Part shown: one piece after another, positions 9,404 to 19,096 of the stretch
Layout of the letters: every line of letters begins with the position of its first letter
Position numbering within the stretch: the stretch's first letter is position 1
Assembly (NCBI GenBank): GCA_028726605.1
Contig: JAQYPV010000021.1
Coordinates: 9,609-73,608 of the forward strand
Origin: Peptoniphilaceae bacterium
GTDB taxonomy: Bacteria > Bacillota > Clostridia > Tissierellales > Peptoniphilaceae
Length of the DNA stretch: 64,000 bases
Direction of reading: 5' to 3'
Notes under the pieces: model-generated
Database searches by the model: none
Seen by the model: the letters and a program-made list of their open reading frames with translations, nothing else
Told to the model about the DNA's origin: nothing
Made by a program: the position numbers and the translations under genes

Positions 9404-10197
9404 TACTTACCTCCTACATTCACCTTCTGGAAAACGGATTTGCTGCCGGACAGATCCAAGACCCGCTCGGCGATGTTCTGGAACGCGACGATATCGTCGG
9501 TTGCCATAAATTGGATGCTTCCATCGCCACCATCAGGCGCAAAGTACGCCTCCAATTGTTGCACGGTGGGTACTGCCGGATCGATGATCGCAACTCCCCT
9601 TTCAGCGGGAATTAGTCGTTCAAAGACCGACCGCGCCAACGGAAAATGCGTACAACCCAGAATCAGCGTATCGTAATCGAAATCGCCAAATTCCTCCAGG
9701 TAACGCGCAATGATGGCCTCAACTTCAGCATCATCCATGTGGCCGTCTTGAATGGCGACCACCAGATCAGGCGCCCCTACGCCGACGACCTCGATCGACG
9801 GATCATAAGAGCGAATGGTCTCCCTGTAATGACCGCTTTTCACGGTCCCCTCTGTCGCCAAAAGCGCAATTTTCTTCTTTTGGCTCTTTTCTACGGCAGC
9901 GCGCGCACCCGGCCCGATGACCCCGATCACCGGGAAATCATACCTGGCCTGCGCCGCTTTTAAGGCATACGCCGTCGCCGTATTACATGCGATCACCACG
10001 GCAGCCGGATCTTGGGCTGCCATGAGATCGATGCATTCCAGTGTAAATCGTTTTACTTCTTCCGGAGTGCGCACGCCATACGGCACACGCAACGTGTCTC
10101 CGATATAGAGGTAGGGAGTATTGCTCTGTTCCATAGCGACCTTCAGCACGGAAAGACCGCCGACGCCACTATCGAAAAAGCCTATGGGTTTTGTCAT
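9403..10197 (-). CDS. murI: Glutamate racemase
   Basis: FDSGVGGLSV, VIACNTA and LGCTHFP catalytic motifs; TAATG overlap with gdh start. Confidence 0.93.
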   Translation of the reverse strand: MTKPIGFFDSGVGGLSVLKVAMEQSNTPYLYIGDTLRVPYGVRTPEEVKRFTLECIDLMAAQDPAAVVIACNTATAYALKAAQARYDFPVIGVIGPGARAAVEKSQKKKIALLATEGTVKSGHYRETIRSYDPSIEVVGVGAPDLVVAIQDGHMDDAEVEAIIARYLEEFGDFDYDTLILGCTHFPLARSVFERLIPAERGVAIIDPAVPTVQQLEAYFAPDGGDGSIQFMATDDIVAFQNIAERVLDLSGSKSVFQKVNVGGK

Positions 10198-10273
10198 CGT
10201 ACCCCCTGACATGTTCATCCCTTGACGATAATAACACTTTCCTGCGCAATGTCCAGACAAATCAGGTGCCAGA

Positions 10274-11521
10274 TCAGACTCCGGCGCCCAAGAAAGTCAT
10301 GAACAGGATGATGATAAAGACGTTGGCAAAGTCGATGAACATCCCACCGACGATCGGCACCACGAAAAACGCAGTCTTCGACGGCACGAATTTCTCCGTA
10401 ATGGATTCCATGTTTGCCACGCCGTTTGGCGTTGCGCCCATACCGAAACCGCAGTGACCACCGGCGATGACGGCCGCATCGTAAGTGCCACCCATGACCT
10501 TGAACGTGACGAAGTACGCGAAGATCGCCATCAAGATCGTCTGGGCCAGGAGCAACAGACCCATCTGGCCGACGAACTCGCGAAGCTGGATCAGATCCAG
10601 GGTCATGAGCGCCATGGCCAGGAACAGATTCAGACCGACGTTGCCGACGATTTCAATCTCCTCCGTGGGAAGGAACCCATCGCCCTCAGCGTTGAGATGC
10701 GAATCGGAGATGTAACGCAGAAGGATGGCCAGGAGCATCGGACCGATGTAGGCCGGGAACGAGGCGAGGTCGGTGAATTTCGCCACAATCGAGTTCAGGA
10801 ACTCCGAGATGTAGGAGCCCAAGAACATGACGATCAACAGAGCGAAGAACGCACGCAAGATGCGGTCGCCGTTCAACGGACGAACGGTCGTCTCGAGAGC
10901 GCCCTGCGCCGCCACATCCAATTCCTGCTGTTCCATCGGATCACGCTTGTTGAGCAGGTTCTTCTTCATGATGAGGTGGTTGGCCAACGGGCCGCCCATC
11001 AGGGAGCCGGCGAGCAAGCCGAACGTCGCCGAAGCGAAGGCGATGGTCTCAGCTCCCGTAAATCCTGCGGCTTCAACCAGCGGTGCAATACCACCGGACG
11101 TGCCATGGCCACCGGTCATCGGCGTCGAACCGGTCATGAGACCCAGAATCGGGTCAAATTTGATCGCCTTCGAGAGGATGACAGCAACGGCGTTCTGGAA
11201 AATGCAGAGCACGGATGCCACGACCAGGAACAGGATGACTTTCGGACCCGCCGACTTCAGGATCTTCACGCTCGCGCCGTAGCCGATGCTGGTGAAGAAG
11301 ATAATCATGAAAAACGATTGTAATGTCGTATCAAATTTGATTTCGACCACGTTTCCCATCTTCAGGAAGAGGTTAATGATAGCGAATGCAAAACCGCCGA
11401 TAACTGGCGCAGGGATCGCGAAGCGTTCGAAGAAATTCACATGCTTACGAACATAGCGACCGATGACCAATAGCAAGACGGCGAAACCAATGGTTTGCAC
11501 CAAATTGAATTCAATGGTCAT
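10274..11521 (-). CDS. gltS: Sodium/glutamate symporter (ESS family)
   Basis: IPAPVIGG, GGHGT and GFGMGATP motifs; highly hydrophobic. Confidence 0.93.
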   Translation of the reverse strand: MTIEFNLVQTIGFAVLLLVIGRYVRKHVNFFERFAIPAPVIGGFAFAIINLFLKMGNVVEIKFDTTLQSFFMIIFFTSIGYGASVKILKSAGPKVILFLVVASVLCIFQNAVAVILSKAIKFDPILGLMTGSTPMTGGHGTSGGIAPLVEAAGFTGAETIAFASATFGLLAGSLMGGPLANHLIMKKNLLNKRDPMEQQELDVAAQGALETTVRPLNGDRILRAFFALLIVMFLGSYISEFLNSIVAKFTDLASFPAYIGPMLLAILLRYISDSHLNAEGDGFLPTEEIEIVGNVGLNLFLAMALMTLDLIQLREFVGQMGLLLLAQTILMAIFAYFVTFKVMGGTYDAAVIAGGHCGFGMGATPNGVANMESITEKFVPSKTAFFVVPIVGGMFIDFANVFIIILFMTFLGAGV

Positions 11522-11609
11522 ATGTATTCCTTTCTAAATACGAGTGACGCCAACCAATTTTGTGCCTTGCGCAGGCTCATCACAGGGACACCAACAACTA
11601 TCCTACTTA

Positions 11610-11638
11610 AGGATAACGCATAAACGTTTTTTTGACAA
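11610..11638 (-). promoter_or_regulatory. Putative sigma-A promoter of gltS-murI-gdh
   Basis: Minus strand TTGTCA-17 bp-TATCCT; CodY-box-like AAATTCCGAAAAAT at about 11683-11697. Confidence 0.5.
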
Positions 11639-11848
11639 CGGGCACATGTAAAATTGAACAATCCGCGACACAGCAGATGCGGAAATTCCGAAAAATGACG
11701 CGGTAGTGACGCTCCCTCTTTCCGGGGCGAATTCTGAGTCCTTTACTCGGTAAAATCGTTCTCTCATGCGCTACGCGTGTCGCCACGAACTGATGCACAC
11801 GACGCGTGCCCCCCAACTGCTCGCCCGACGTCCTGACGCCGCCTCCGG

Positions 11849-12373
11849 TCAATCCGCAGCGACACCCTCGTTCGTCGGCACATCCTCGTCCTCCGTCGCC
11901 ACATCCGCGTAGGTAAAGCGAATCACCCGCGACAGGTCATCCGGGCGGAGTTTGAGTTGCAGTCCACGCTCGCCGCCACTCACGTAGATGTAATCCAGCC
12001 CCTCCGCGCTCTCATCCAGCGTCGTCCGGAAAAACTTCTTCATCCCCACGGGGCTGCACCCGCCGTGCACATACCCTGTGAGCGGCAAGAGTTCCTTTTG
12101 CGGAATCATCTGGATGGCCTTCTCGCCCACCACCTTCGCCGCCTTTTTGAGATCCAGCTCCCGGAGCGACGGAATGACAAACACGTAATGCGCCCCGCTC
12201 TTTCCCACTGTCACCAGCGTCTTGTACACGCGCCGCGGATCCTCCTTGAGTCCCCGTGCCACCTCCACGCCGCCCACAGCCGTTTGCGGGTCATAGGTGA
12301 TGGCCTCATACTCGACCTTCTTCTGGTCCAGCAACCGCATGGCATTGGTCTTCTTCGCCATCGTCTCCTCCAT
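11849..12373 (-). CDS. ybaK: Cys-tRNA(Pro) deacylase
   Basis: KTNAMRLLD, VYKTLV, TGYVHGGCSPVGMK and SGGERG motifs. Confidence 0.95.
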   Translation of the reverse strand: MEETMAKKTNAMRLLDQKKVEYEAITYDPQTAVGGVEVARGLKEDPRRVYKTLVTVGKSGAHYVFVIPSLRELDLKKAAKVVGEKAIQMIPQKELLPLTGYVHGGCSPVGMKKFFRTTLDESAEGLDYIYVSGGERGLQLKLRPDDLSRVIRFTYADVATEDEDVPTNEGVAAD

Positions 12374-12764
12374 TCTCCTCTTGTTTCATCACTTTTAATA
12401 AGGACTCGCCCTGAATAAGAGCTCGCCATAACGTCGCTTGATACGGGCGATGACGATTGTCGCCCTCGCCGGCCCCATGTCGTCCGCGCGATGACCGCCT
12501 TAAGCCTTTTCTTTTCCATTCGAGTTTACCAAATCTTGCGTTTTGCGCATTGTAAATCTCCCGCGATAATTCTATAACGCGAAGTGGGTAGATCTTGATC
12601 GTTTTCTTATAAGACATTTGATGTGGAAGTCGGTATCGATTCCATCTTCGGCACTGCACCGGAAGGACAATACCGCCTCGAGACAGTCGAGATCGGCCGC
12701 CCAGCAATAGGGTGACCGATCTTTTACTGGAATCACCGAGGGAGCGTCGAACCGTCAAAACAAT

Positions 12765-13045
12765 GTATAAATACCAATAATAATAAATATATACTCCTAA
12801 TTTCAGGCCATTTTTTCGAGACCTCAATTGAGGCTTCAGAGGAAAATCAAGATTCGTTGTTTTCCACTGACATTTTAGGACGATTTTGTGTCGTTCTTTG
12901 TCAAAATTAAGTTTTCAGTCACTCGATATGCCCAATCGGTGTGGTTGCGATGTCGATTTTCGGAATAGCCACTACATCGTCGCTCTGTATAGCGACGAAT
13001 ACGTACGATGAAAATCGCAAATCGCAGATATCCCATGAATGTCAC
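12765..13045 (+). repeat. Dispersed ~250-280 bp intergenic element, copy 1 (inverted relative to 30742-31022)
   Basis: Collinear matches to the reverse complement of 30742-31022, e.g. TGAAAATCGCA..GATATCCCATGAAT, GTGGTTGC.ATGTCGATTT, AGGACGATTTT.TGTCG. Confidence 0.8.
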
Positions 13046-13066
13046 GCGTCATCCTCTGGTGGCAAA

Positions 13067-13254
13067 GTGCGGAATCAATCGCTCAACTCACTAAGCCGCA
13101 GTATCCGCGGATGGTGCAGAATCAATCTCTCAGCTTATGAAGAAGCCGAATCCGCGGATGGACCGGAGTCAATCTCGCAACGCATGAAGCCTCAGCATCC
13201 GCGGATGGTACGGAGTCGATCACGCAACGCGTGAGGCCGCCGAATCCCTGAATG
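13067..13254. repeat. 47-bp tandem repeat x4 with (C)ATCCGCGGAT(G) palindrome
   Basis: Units start at 13067, 13114, 13161 and 13208, each exactly 47 bp; the palindrome is degenerate in unit 4. Confidence 0.88.
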
Positions 13255-13424
13255 GTTTTGAGCGCTCTGAGATCGATCAGCGGCTTCTACGACACAGAAA
13301 AGGCGGACTTTTTTCTTATCGCCACCGACTACAGTTATTGCCGCCCCCCCAACTACAGTTCTTATTGCCACCGACTGTCCGTCTTCCCGTCTCTTCTGCT
13401 ATTCTCTTCTGCTATAATGGAAAA

Positions 13425-13529
13425 TCCGAGGGAGTAGCTTATCAACATCGAATCGTCATCGCAACGGCAATCTGAAGACGAAGTTGCCGTTCGGTTCGAG
13501 GCCCGGCTTTCGGGCGAGCGAGACTCGAG
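13425..13529 (+). ncRNA. yybP-ykoY (Mn2+-sensing) riboswitch
   Basis: CGAGGGAGTAGC...CGTCA...GCGAGACTCG consensus elements; extended -10 TGcTATAAT just upstream (13410-13418); precedes a P-type ATPase as for L. lactis yoaB. Confidence 0.82.
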
Positions 13530-13559
13530 AAGTGCACTCGTCCGAAAAAGGAGGAATAT

Positions 13560-16313
13560 ATGGAATGGTATCTCAAATCCGCTGAACAGGCGGAACAGGA
13601 CCTCCAGACCAGCCGCACAACAGGGCTTTCAACCGAAGAGGCCTCCAAGCGACTGGAACAACACGGCCCGAACAAATTAGAAGAAGCCAAAAAGACGCCC
13701 TTGAGCCAGAAGCTCATCGCGCAGCTCAAAGATCCCCTCGTCATCATCTTAATCATTGCGGCGGTGCTGTCGGCCCTCACCAACGCCGGCGTGGAAGCGC
13801 TCATCATCGTCGCCGTGGTCATCCTGAATGCGGCACTGTCCATCTATCAGGAAGGCAAGGCGGAGAATTCCGTGGCGGCACTGCAAAAGATGAGTTCGCC
13901 CAACGCGAAAGTCGTGCGCAACGGCGACCTCACGAGCATCAAAGCCGAGGAACTGGTGCCGGGCGATGTCGTCGTCTTGGAGACCGGCGACATCGTGCCT
14001 GCGGATTTGCGCCTCTTTGAGTCGAGCAATCTGCAGATTGACGAATCGTCGTTCACCGGTGAATCCGTGGCGGCCGAGAAGGCGGCAAACGCCGAAATCA
14101 CCCAGGAAAAGGGCATCGGAGACCGCGAGAACATGGCCTTCTCGTCGACCATCGTGACCTACGGCCACGGCAAGGGCATTGTGACGACCACGGGCAAGGA
14201 AACCGAAATCGGCCAGATTGCCACGACCATTCAAGCCTACGAGGATGAAGAGACGCCGCTGCAGAAAAAACTCAACGTGCTGTCCAAGTTCCTCGGGCGC
14301 CTCGTCATAGGCGTGGCGGCCATCGTCTTCGTCTTGGGCCTCATCGGCGGCCAAGACCTCTTAGAAATCGCATTGACGGCCATCTCCCTGGGCGTCGCGG
14401 CCATTCCGGAAGGCATGACCGCCGTCGTGACCATCGTGCTCTCCATCGGCATGAACCGCATGGCCGAACGCAACGCCATCGTGAAAAAGCTGCTCTCCGT
14501 GGAGACGCTGGGCACCACCACTGTCATCTGCTCGGATAAGACCGGCACGCTCACGCAGAACGAAATGACCGTCACCAAAATCTTCACCGACGGCCGCGAG
14601 ATCGACGTCACCGGCACGGGTTACGCCCCCGTTGGCGATCTCTTGATCGACGGGCGCAAGGTGACCGCCGCGGATTCTGAAATTCTCAAAACCATGGTCA
14701 CCATCGCCGCGTCCGCCAACGACGCCAAAATCGTGGAGGACAAAGAAAAAGGACACATCACCATCGGCGACCCGACGGAAGGCGCGCTCTTGACCATGGC
14801 GAGCAAGGCCGGCGTGGAGCCGAAGGAGCTTTCTGAGACCACCCCGCGGCTTGACGAAATTCCGTTTGACTCCGACCGCAAGATGATGACGACCTTCCAC
14901 GACAATTACTTCGAGGATCACGTCGCCTCCTTTACGAAGGGCGCGCCGGACATCATCATCCAAAACTGCGATCGCATCCTGATCGACGGCGAAGAAAAAG
15001 AGCTCACCGACGACATCCGTCAACAGCTTCTGGACAAGAACTCCGAATTCGCCAAACAGGCCCTGCGCTGCCTCGCCTACGCCTATCGCTCGTGGGAGAC
15101 GCTTCCGGAGAAAGACCAGCAGACCAGCGACCACGTGGAGCACGACATGGTCTTCGTCGGCCTCACCGGCATGATCGACCCACCGCGGCCGGAAGCCAAA
15201 GCCGCCATCGCCGAGACCAAATCGGCCGGCATCACGACCATCATGATCACGGGCGACTACTTGGAGACGGCCTATGCCATCGGCCACGAACTCGGCATTG
15301 CCGACAGCCCGGATCAGGCCATGATGGGCGAAGAACTCAACAACAAGAGCTTGGAAGAAGTCCAAGAGATCGTCAAGACCCACCGCATCTTCGCGCGCGT
15401 GTCGCCGCAGAACAAGGTCCAGATCGTGGACGCGTTGAAGGCCAATGGCGAAATCACGGCCATGACAGGCGACGGAGTGAACGACGCACCGGCCATCAAG
15501 CGCGCCGACATCGGCGTGTCCATGGGCATTACCGGCACCGACGTCGCCAAGAATACGGCCAACGTCATCCTGACCGACGACAACTTCGCGACCATCGTGA
15601 ACGCCGTCGAAGAAGGGCGCATCATCTACTCGAACATCAAAAAATTTGTCACGTTCCTGCTTTCGTGTAATATTGGTGAGGTGATTGTCATCGCCGTGGC
15701 GATGGTCTTGGACATCATCATGGCCTTCACGAATACAGGCTTCCGCTTCCCCACGCCGCTGTCGCCCATCATGCTGTTGTGGCTGAACCTCGTCACGGAC
15801 TCGCTGCCGGCACTCGCCTTGGGCATGGAGCCGCGCGAGGACGGCATCATGCAGGCCAAGCCGCGTGATCCGCAAGAGCCCATCGTCGGCAAAGCAGACT
15901 TCAAGCGCATCATGGTGCAGGCCATTGCCATCGGCGTGGCGACGCTGGGGGCCTTTGGCATCGGCTACTACTACTTCGGTCAGGGCCTGGACGGGGCCGC
16001 AAAACTCGCTGAAGGACGCACGATGGCCTTCTCCACGCTCATCTTGGCGGAGCTCTTCCGCGCCATGGCCGCTCGGTCGAACGTGCACACCATGAACGAG
16101 ATCGGGTGGTTTAGCAACAAACACATGAATCGCGCCATCTTGATCGGCGTGGCGCTGCTGTTGATCGTGCTCTACATTCCGCTCTTGCGCGATCTCTTCA
16201 ACGTCTCGTTTATGACGCTCAAGGAATGGGTGCCGACGCTCATCTTGTCGATCATCCCGTTTGTGGCGAGCGAAGGCTATCAGGCCGTGGAAGAGCGGCG
16301 GGCATCTCTTTAA
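13560..16313 (+). CDS. P-type II cation (Ca2+/Mn2+) transporting ATPase
   Basis: TGES, IPEG, DKTGTLT, KGAP, MITGD and TGDGVND motifs. Confidence 0.95.
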   Translation: MEWYLKSAEQAEQDLQTSRTTGLSTEEASKRLEQHGPNKLEEAKKTPLSQKLIAQLKDPLVIILIIAAVLSALTNAGVEALIIVAVVILNAALSIYQEGKAENSVAALQKMSSPNAKVVRNGDLTSIKAEELVPGDVVVLETGDIVPADLRLFESSNLQIDESSFTGESVAAEKAANAEITQEKGIGDRENMAFSSTIVTYGHGKGIVTTTGKETEIGQIATTIQAYEDEETPLQKKLNVLSKFLGRLVIGVAAIVFVLGLIGGQDLLEIALTAISLGVAAIPEGMTAVVTIVLSIGMNRMAERNAIVKKLLSVETLGTTTVICSDKTGTLTQNEMTVTKIFTDGREIDVTGTGYAPVGDLLIDGRKVTAADSEILKTMVTIAASANDAKIVEDKEKGHITIGDPTEGALLTMASKAGVEPKELSETTPRLDEIPFDSDRKMMTTFHDNYFEDHVASFTKGAPDIIIQNCDRILIDGEEKELTDDIRQQLLDKNSEFAKQALRCLAYAYRSWETLPEKDQQTSDHVEHDMVFVGLTGMIDPPRPEAKAAIAETKSAGITTIMITGDYLETAYAIGHELGIADSPDQAMMGEELNNKSLEEVQEIVKTHRIFARVSPQNKVQIVDALKANGEITAMTGDGVNDAPAIKRADIGVSMGITGTDVAKNTANVILTDDNFATIVNAVEEGRIIYSNIKKFVTFLLSCNIGEVIVIAVAMVLDIIMAFTNTGFRFPTPLSPIMLLWLNLVTDSLPALALGMEPREDGIMQAKPRDPQEPIVGKADFKRIMVQAIAIGVATLGAFGIGYYYFGQGLDGAAKLAEGRTMAFSTLILAELFRAMAARSNVHTMNEIGWFSNKHMNRAILIGVALLLIVLYIPLLRDLFNVSFMTLKEWVPTLILSIIPFVASEGYQAVEERRASL

Positions 16314-16322
16314 GGAGGGATT

Positions 16323-16820
16323 ATGAAAAAAGTTGCGATCATCATGGGCAGTGACAGCGATCTGCCCATCGTAGAGAAAGCCATCGGCATCTTGAAGGAA
16401 TTCAAGGTACCCTACGAGACACACGTGTACTCTGCCCACCGCACGCCGGGAGCGGCGCGCCTTTTCGCCGTCAGTGCGCGTGAAAACGGCTTCGGCGTCG
16501 TCATCTGCGCTGCAGGCATGGCCGCACACCTCGCGGGCGCCATCGCTGCCAACACCACGCTTCCGGTCATCGGCATCCCCTGCACGTCTCAGGCGCTCGA
16601 CGGGATGGATGCGCTCCTCTCCACGGTCATGATGCCCTCTGGCATCCCGGTGGCGACGGTCGCCATCGACGGAGCGAAGAATGCCGCCCTCTTGGCCATC
16701 CAGATTCTGGCCGTAGAAGACGAAACGCTGGCCAAAGCACTGGATGACAAGCGCGAAGCGGACGCCTCGCAGATTCTGGAAAAAGACAGAAGAATCGCTG
16801 CCGAATACCACGCAGAATAA
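16323..16820 (+). CDS. purE: N5-CAIR mutase / AIR carboxylase
   Basis: IMGSDSD, SAHRTP and AGMAAHL motifs. Confidence 0.96.
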   Translation: MKKVAIIMGSDSDLPIVEKAIGILKEFKVPYETHVYSAHRTPGAARLFAVSARENGFGVVICAAGMAAHLAGAIAANTTLPVIGIPCTSQALDGMDALLSTVMMPSGIPVATVAIDGAKNAALLAIQILAVEDETLAKALDDKREADASQILEKDRRIAAEYHAE

Positions 16821-16826
16821 GACCAC

Positions 16827-16858
16827 ACCGCAGGAGTTTTCCTGCGGTTGTTTTTTTT
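16827..16858 (+). terminator. Intrinsic terminator after purE
   Basis: ACCGCAGGA-GTTT-TCCTGCGGT followed by TGTTTTTTTT. Confidence 0.75.
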
Positions 16859-16928
16859 ACGATATTCAGACGAACATCCGTTATTGTCGTACAATCACAG
16901 TAGGAAAGGGAAAAACAAGGAGGTTGCC

Positions 16929-17639
16929 ATGGAAAAGCAAGAACAGCTCTACGAAGGAAAAGCCAAGAAAGTCTACGCCACGGAGGATCCCGAGAAGGTC
17001 ATCGTCTCGTACAAAGACGACGCCACGGCGGGCGATGGGGCGAAAAAGGGCACCATCGTGGGCAAAGGCGCCATCAACAACAAGATGACCAACATTCTGA
17101 TGCAGATGCTGGAGAAAAAGGGCATCCCCACGCACTTCGTGGAAGAGCTCAATGACCGCGACACGGTGGTCAAAAAAGTGGAGATCGTGCCGCTGGAAGT
17201 CATCGTGCGCAACATCTCCGCCGGCTCGTTTGCCAAGCGCTACGGCGTGGAGGAAGGCATTGTCTTCGAGGAACCCACGTTGGAATTCTCCTATAAGAAT
17301 GACGACCTGCACGACCCGCTCATCAACCGCTCGCACGCGTTGGCACTGAAGCTGGCGACGGCGGAAGAACTGGACGCCATTGGCGAGTACGCTCTGGCCG
17401 TAAACGACGCGCTCAAGGCGTTCTTCGACCGTCTGAACGTCACTCTGGTCGACTTCAAATTGGAATTCGGACGTCTTGCCGATGGTACGATTGTCTTGGC
17501 CGACGAGATTTCGCCGGATACGTGCCGCTTCTGGGACAAGACCACGGGCGAGAAGTTGGATAAGGACCGTTTCCGTCGCGACATGGGCGGCGTGGAAGAA
17601 GCGTATGAGGAGATGATGCGTCGCGTCAACGAGGCGTAA
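16929..17639 (+). CDS. purC: SAICAR synthetase
   Basis: [17 protein letters not shown] and [14 protein letters not shown] motifs; AAGGAGG RBS. Confidence 0.97.
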   Translation: MEKQEQLYEGKAKKVYATEDPEKVIVSYKDDATAGDGAKKGTIVGKGAINNKMTNILMQMLEKKGIPTHFVEELNDRDTVVKKVEIVPLEVIVRNISAGSFAKRYGVEEGIVFEEPTLEFSYKNDDLHDPLINRSHALALKLATAEELDAIGEYALAVNDALKAFFDRLNVTLVDFKLEFGRLADGTIVLADEISPDTCRFWDKTTGEKLDKDRFRRDMGGVEEAYEEMMRRVNEA

Positions 17640-17659
17640 GAGCGAACAAAGGAGAATCT

Positions 17660-19096
17660 ATGGGTGGTTTCTTTGGCGTTGCCAGCCGACGTGACGCGTT
17701 GGTCGACGTCTTCTACGGAACGGACTATCATTCCCATTTGGGGACGCATCGCGCCGGCATCGCAAGCTATGATCCCGAGATCGGATTGCAACGAGAGATT
17801 CACGATATCGAAAATTCGCCCTTTCGCACGCGCTTTGAGCACATCTTTGACGACATGTCGGGCATTTCGGCCATCGGCTGCGTGAGCGATTACGACCCGC
17901 AGCCCTTGCTCTTGCGCTCGAAGTTTGGCACCTATGCGCTGTGCTTCATCGGCATCATCACCAACCGCGAGGCGCTCATTCAAGAGGTGCTGAAAGAACC
18001 CAGCGCCCACTTCGACGCCATGACCGGCGGACAGGTCAACAACGTGGAACTCATCGGGGCGCTGATGAACGAGAAGGACACGCTGGTGGAGGGCCTGCGC
18101 CACGCGCAGGAGAAGATCGAGGGCACCGCGTCCATCCTGATTTTGCAGGACGACGGCACCCTCATTGCGGCGCGAGACAAGATGGGGCGTCTTCCGGTCT
18201 TCGTGGGAGAAAACGAGGACGGCATGTGCGTCTCGTTCGAGTCGTTCCCCTACCGCAAGTTGGGCTACACGCCGACCAAGGAGCTCGGCCCGGGCGAAAT
18301 CGTCTCCGTCTCCAACAACCGCATGATCACCCTCGTGCCGCCGCGCGATACGATGAAGATCTGCGCGTTTCTCTGGACGTACTACGGCTATCCCAATTCG
18401 ATCTACGAGGGCTCGGGCGTGGAGAAGTCCCGCACCACCAACGGCGAGATCCTGGCCAAAAACGACCGCGAAAATGGCGGCATTCCGGCGGTGGACTACG
18501 TCGGCGGCGTGCCGGATTCGGGGCTGGCGTACGGGCAGGGCTATGCCTACGAGGCGGGCCTCCCCTTTGGACGGGCCATCATCAAGTACACGCCCACGTG
18601 GTCCCGCTCGTTTACACCGTCCAATCAGAAAGAACGCAACCGCGTGGCGCACATGAAGCAACTGCCGGTGACGGACTACATCGAAGGCAAAGACCTGCTC
18701 TTCGTGGACGACTCCATCGTCCGCGGCACGCAGCTGCACGAGACGGTGGACTTTCTGTATCGCAACGGCGCGAAGAGCGTGCACATGCGTTCGGCCTCGC
18801 CGCCGGTGCTCTTCGGCTGCAAGTACTTGAATTTCTCGCGTTCCAATGACGACATGGAACTCTTGGCGCGGCGCGTCATCGACGAGTTAGAGGGCGAAGA
18901 GGGGCTCAACCACCTGGACGAGTACCTCGACGGCACCACCGAGCGCGGGCGCAAGATGCGCGACGTCATCGCCGAGAAATTCCACTTCGCTTCGCTCGAA
19001 TACCAGACCCTTGAGGGCACGATCGAAGCCATTGGGCTTCCGCGCTGCAAACTGTGCACGTATTGCTGGACAGGAGAAGAAGATGACCCCCAATAA
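17660..19096 (+). CDS. purF: Amidophosphoribosyltransferase (variant lacking the N-terminal Cys)
   Basis: VPDSG, VDDSIVRGT PRPP-binding motif, C-terminal CxxCxxC; pur context. Confidence 0.92.
   Translation: MGGFFGVASRRDALVDVFYGTDYHSHLGTHRAGIASYDPEIGLQREIHDIENSPFRTRFEHIFDDMSGISAIGCVSDYDPQPLLLRSKFGTYALCFIGIITNREALIQEVLKEPSAHFDAMTGGQVNNVELIGALMNEKDTLVEGLRHAQEKIEGTASILILQDDGTLIAARDKMGRLPVFVGENEDGMCVSFESFPYRKLGYTPTKELGPGEIVSVSNNRMITLVPPRDTMKICAFLWTYYGYPNSIYEGSGVEKSRTTNGEILAKNDRENGGIPAVDYVGGVPDSGLAYGQGYAYEAGLPFGRAIIKYTPTWSRSFTPSNQKERNRVAHMKQLPVTDYIEGKDLLFVDDSIVRGTQLHETVDFLYRNGAKSVHMRSASPPVLFGCKYLNFSRSNDDMELLARRVIDELEGEEGLNHLDEYLDGTTERGRKMRDVIAEKFHFASLEYQTLEGTIEAIGLPRCKLCTYCWTGEEDDPQ

Noticed and set aside
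12306-13437. ORFs of 173, 97 and 61 aa in the ybaK-ATPase spacer
   Set aside because: No RBS or recognisable domain; they overlap non-coding repeats
14361-16826. 821-aa minus-strand ORF
   Set aside because: Antisense shadow of the P-type ATPase and purE, typical of GC-rich codon usage
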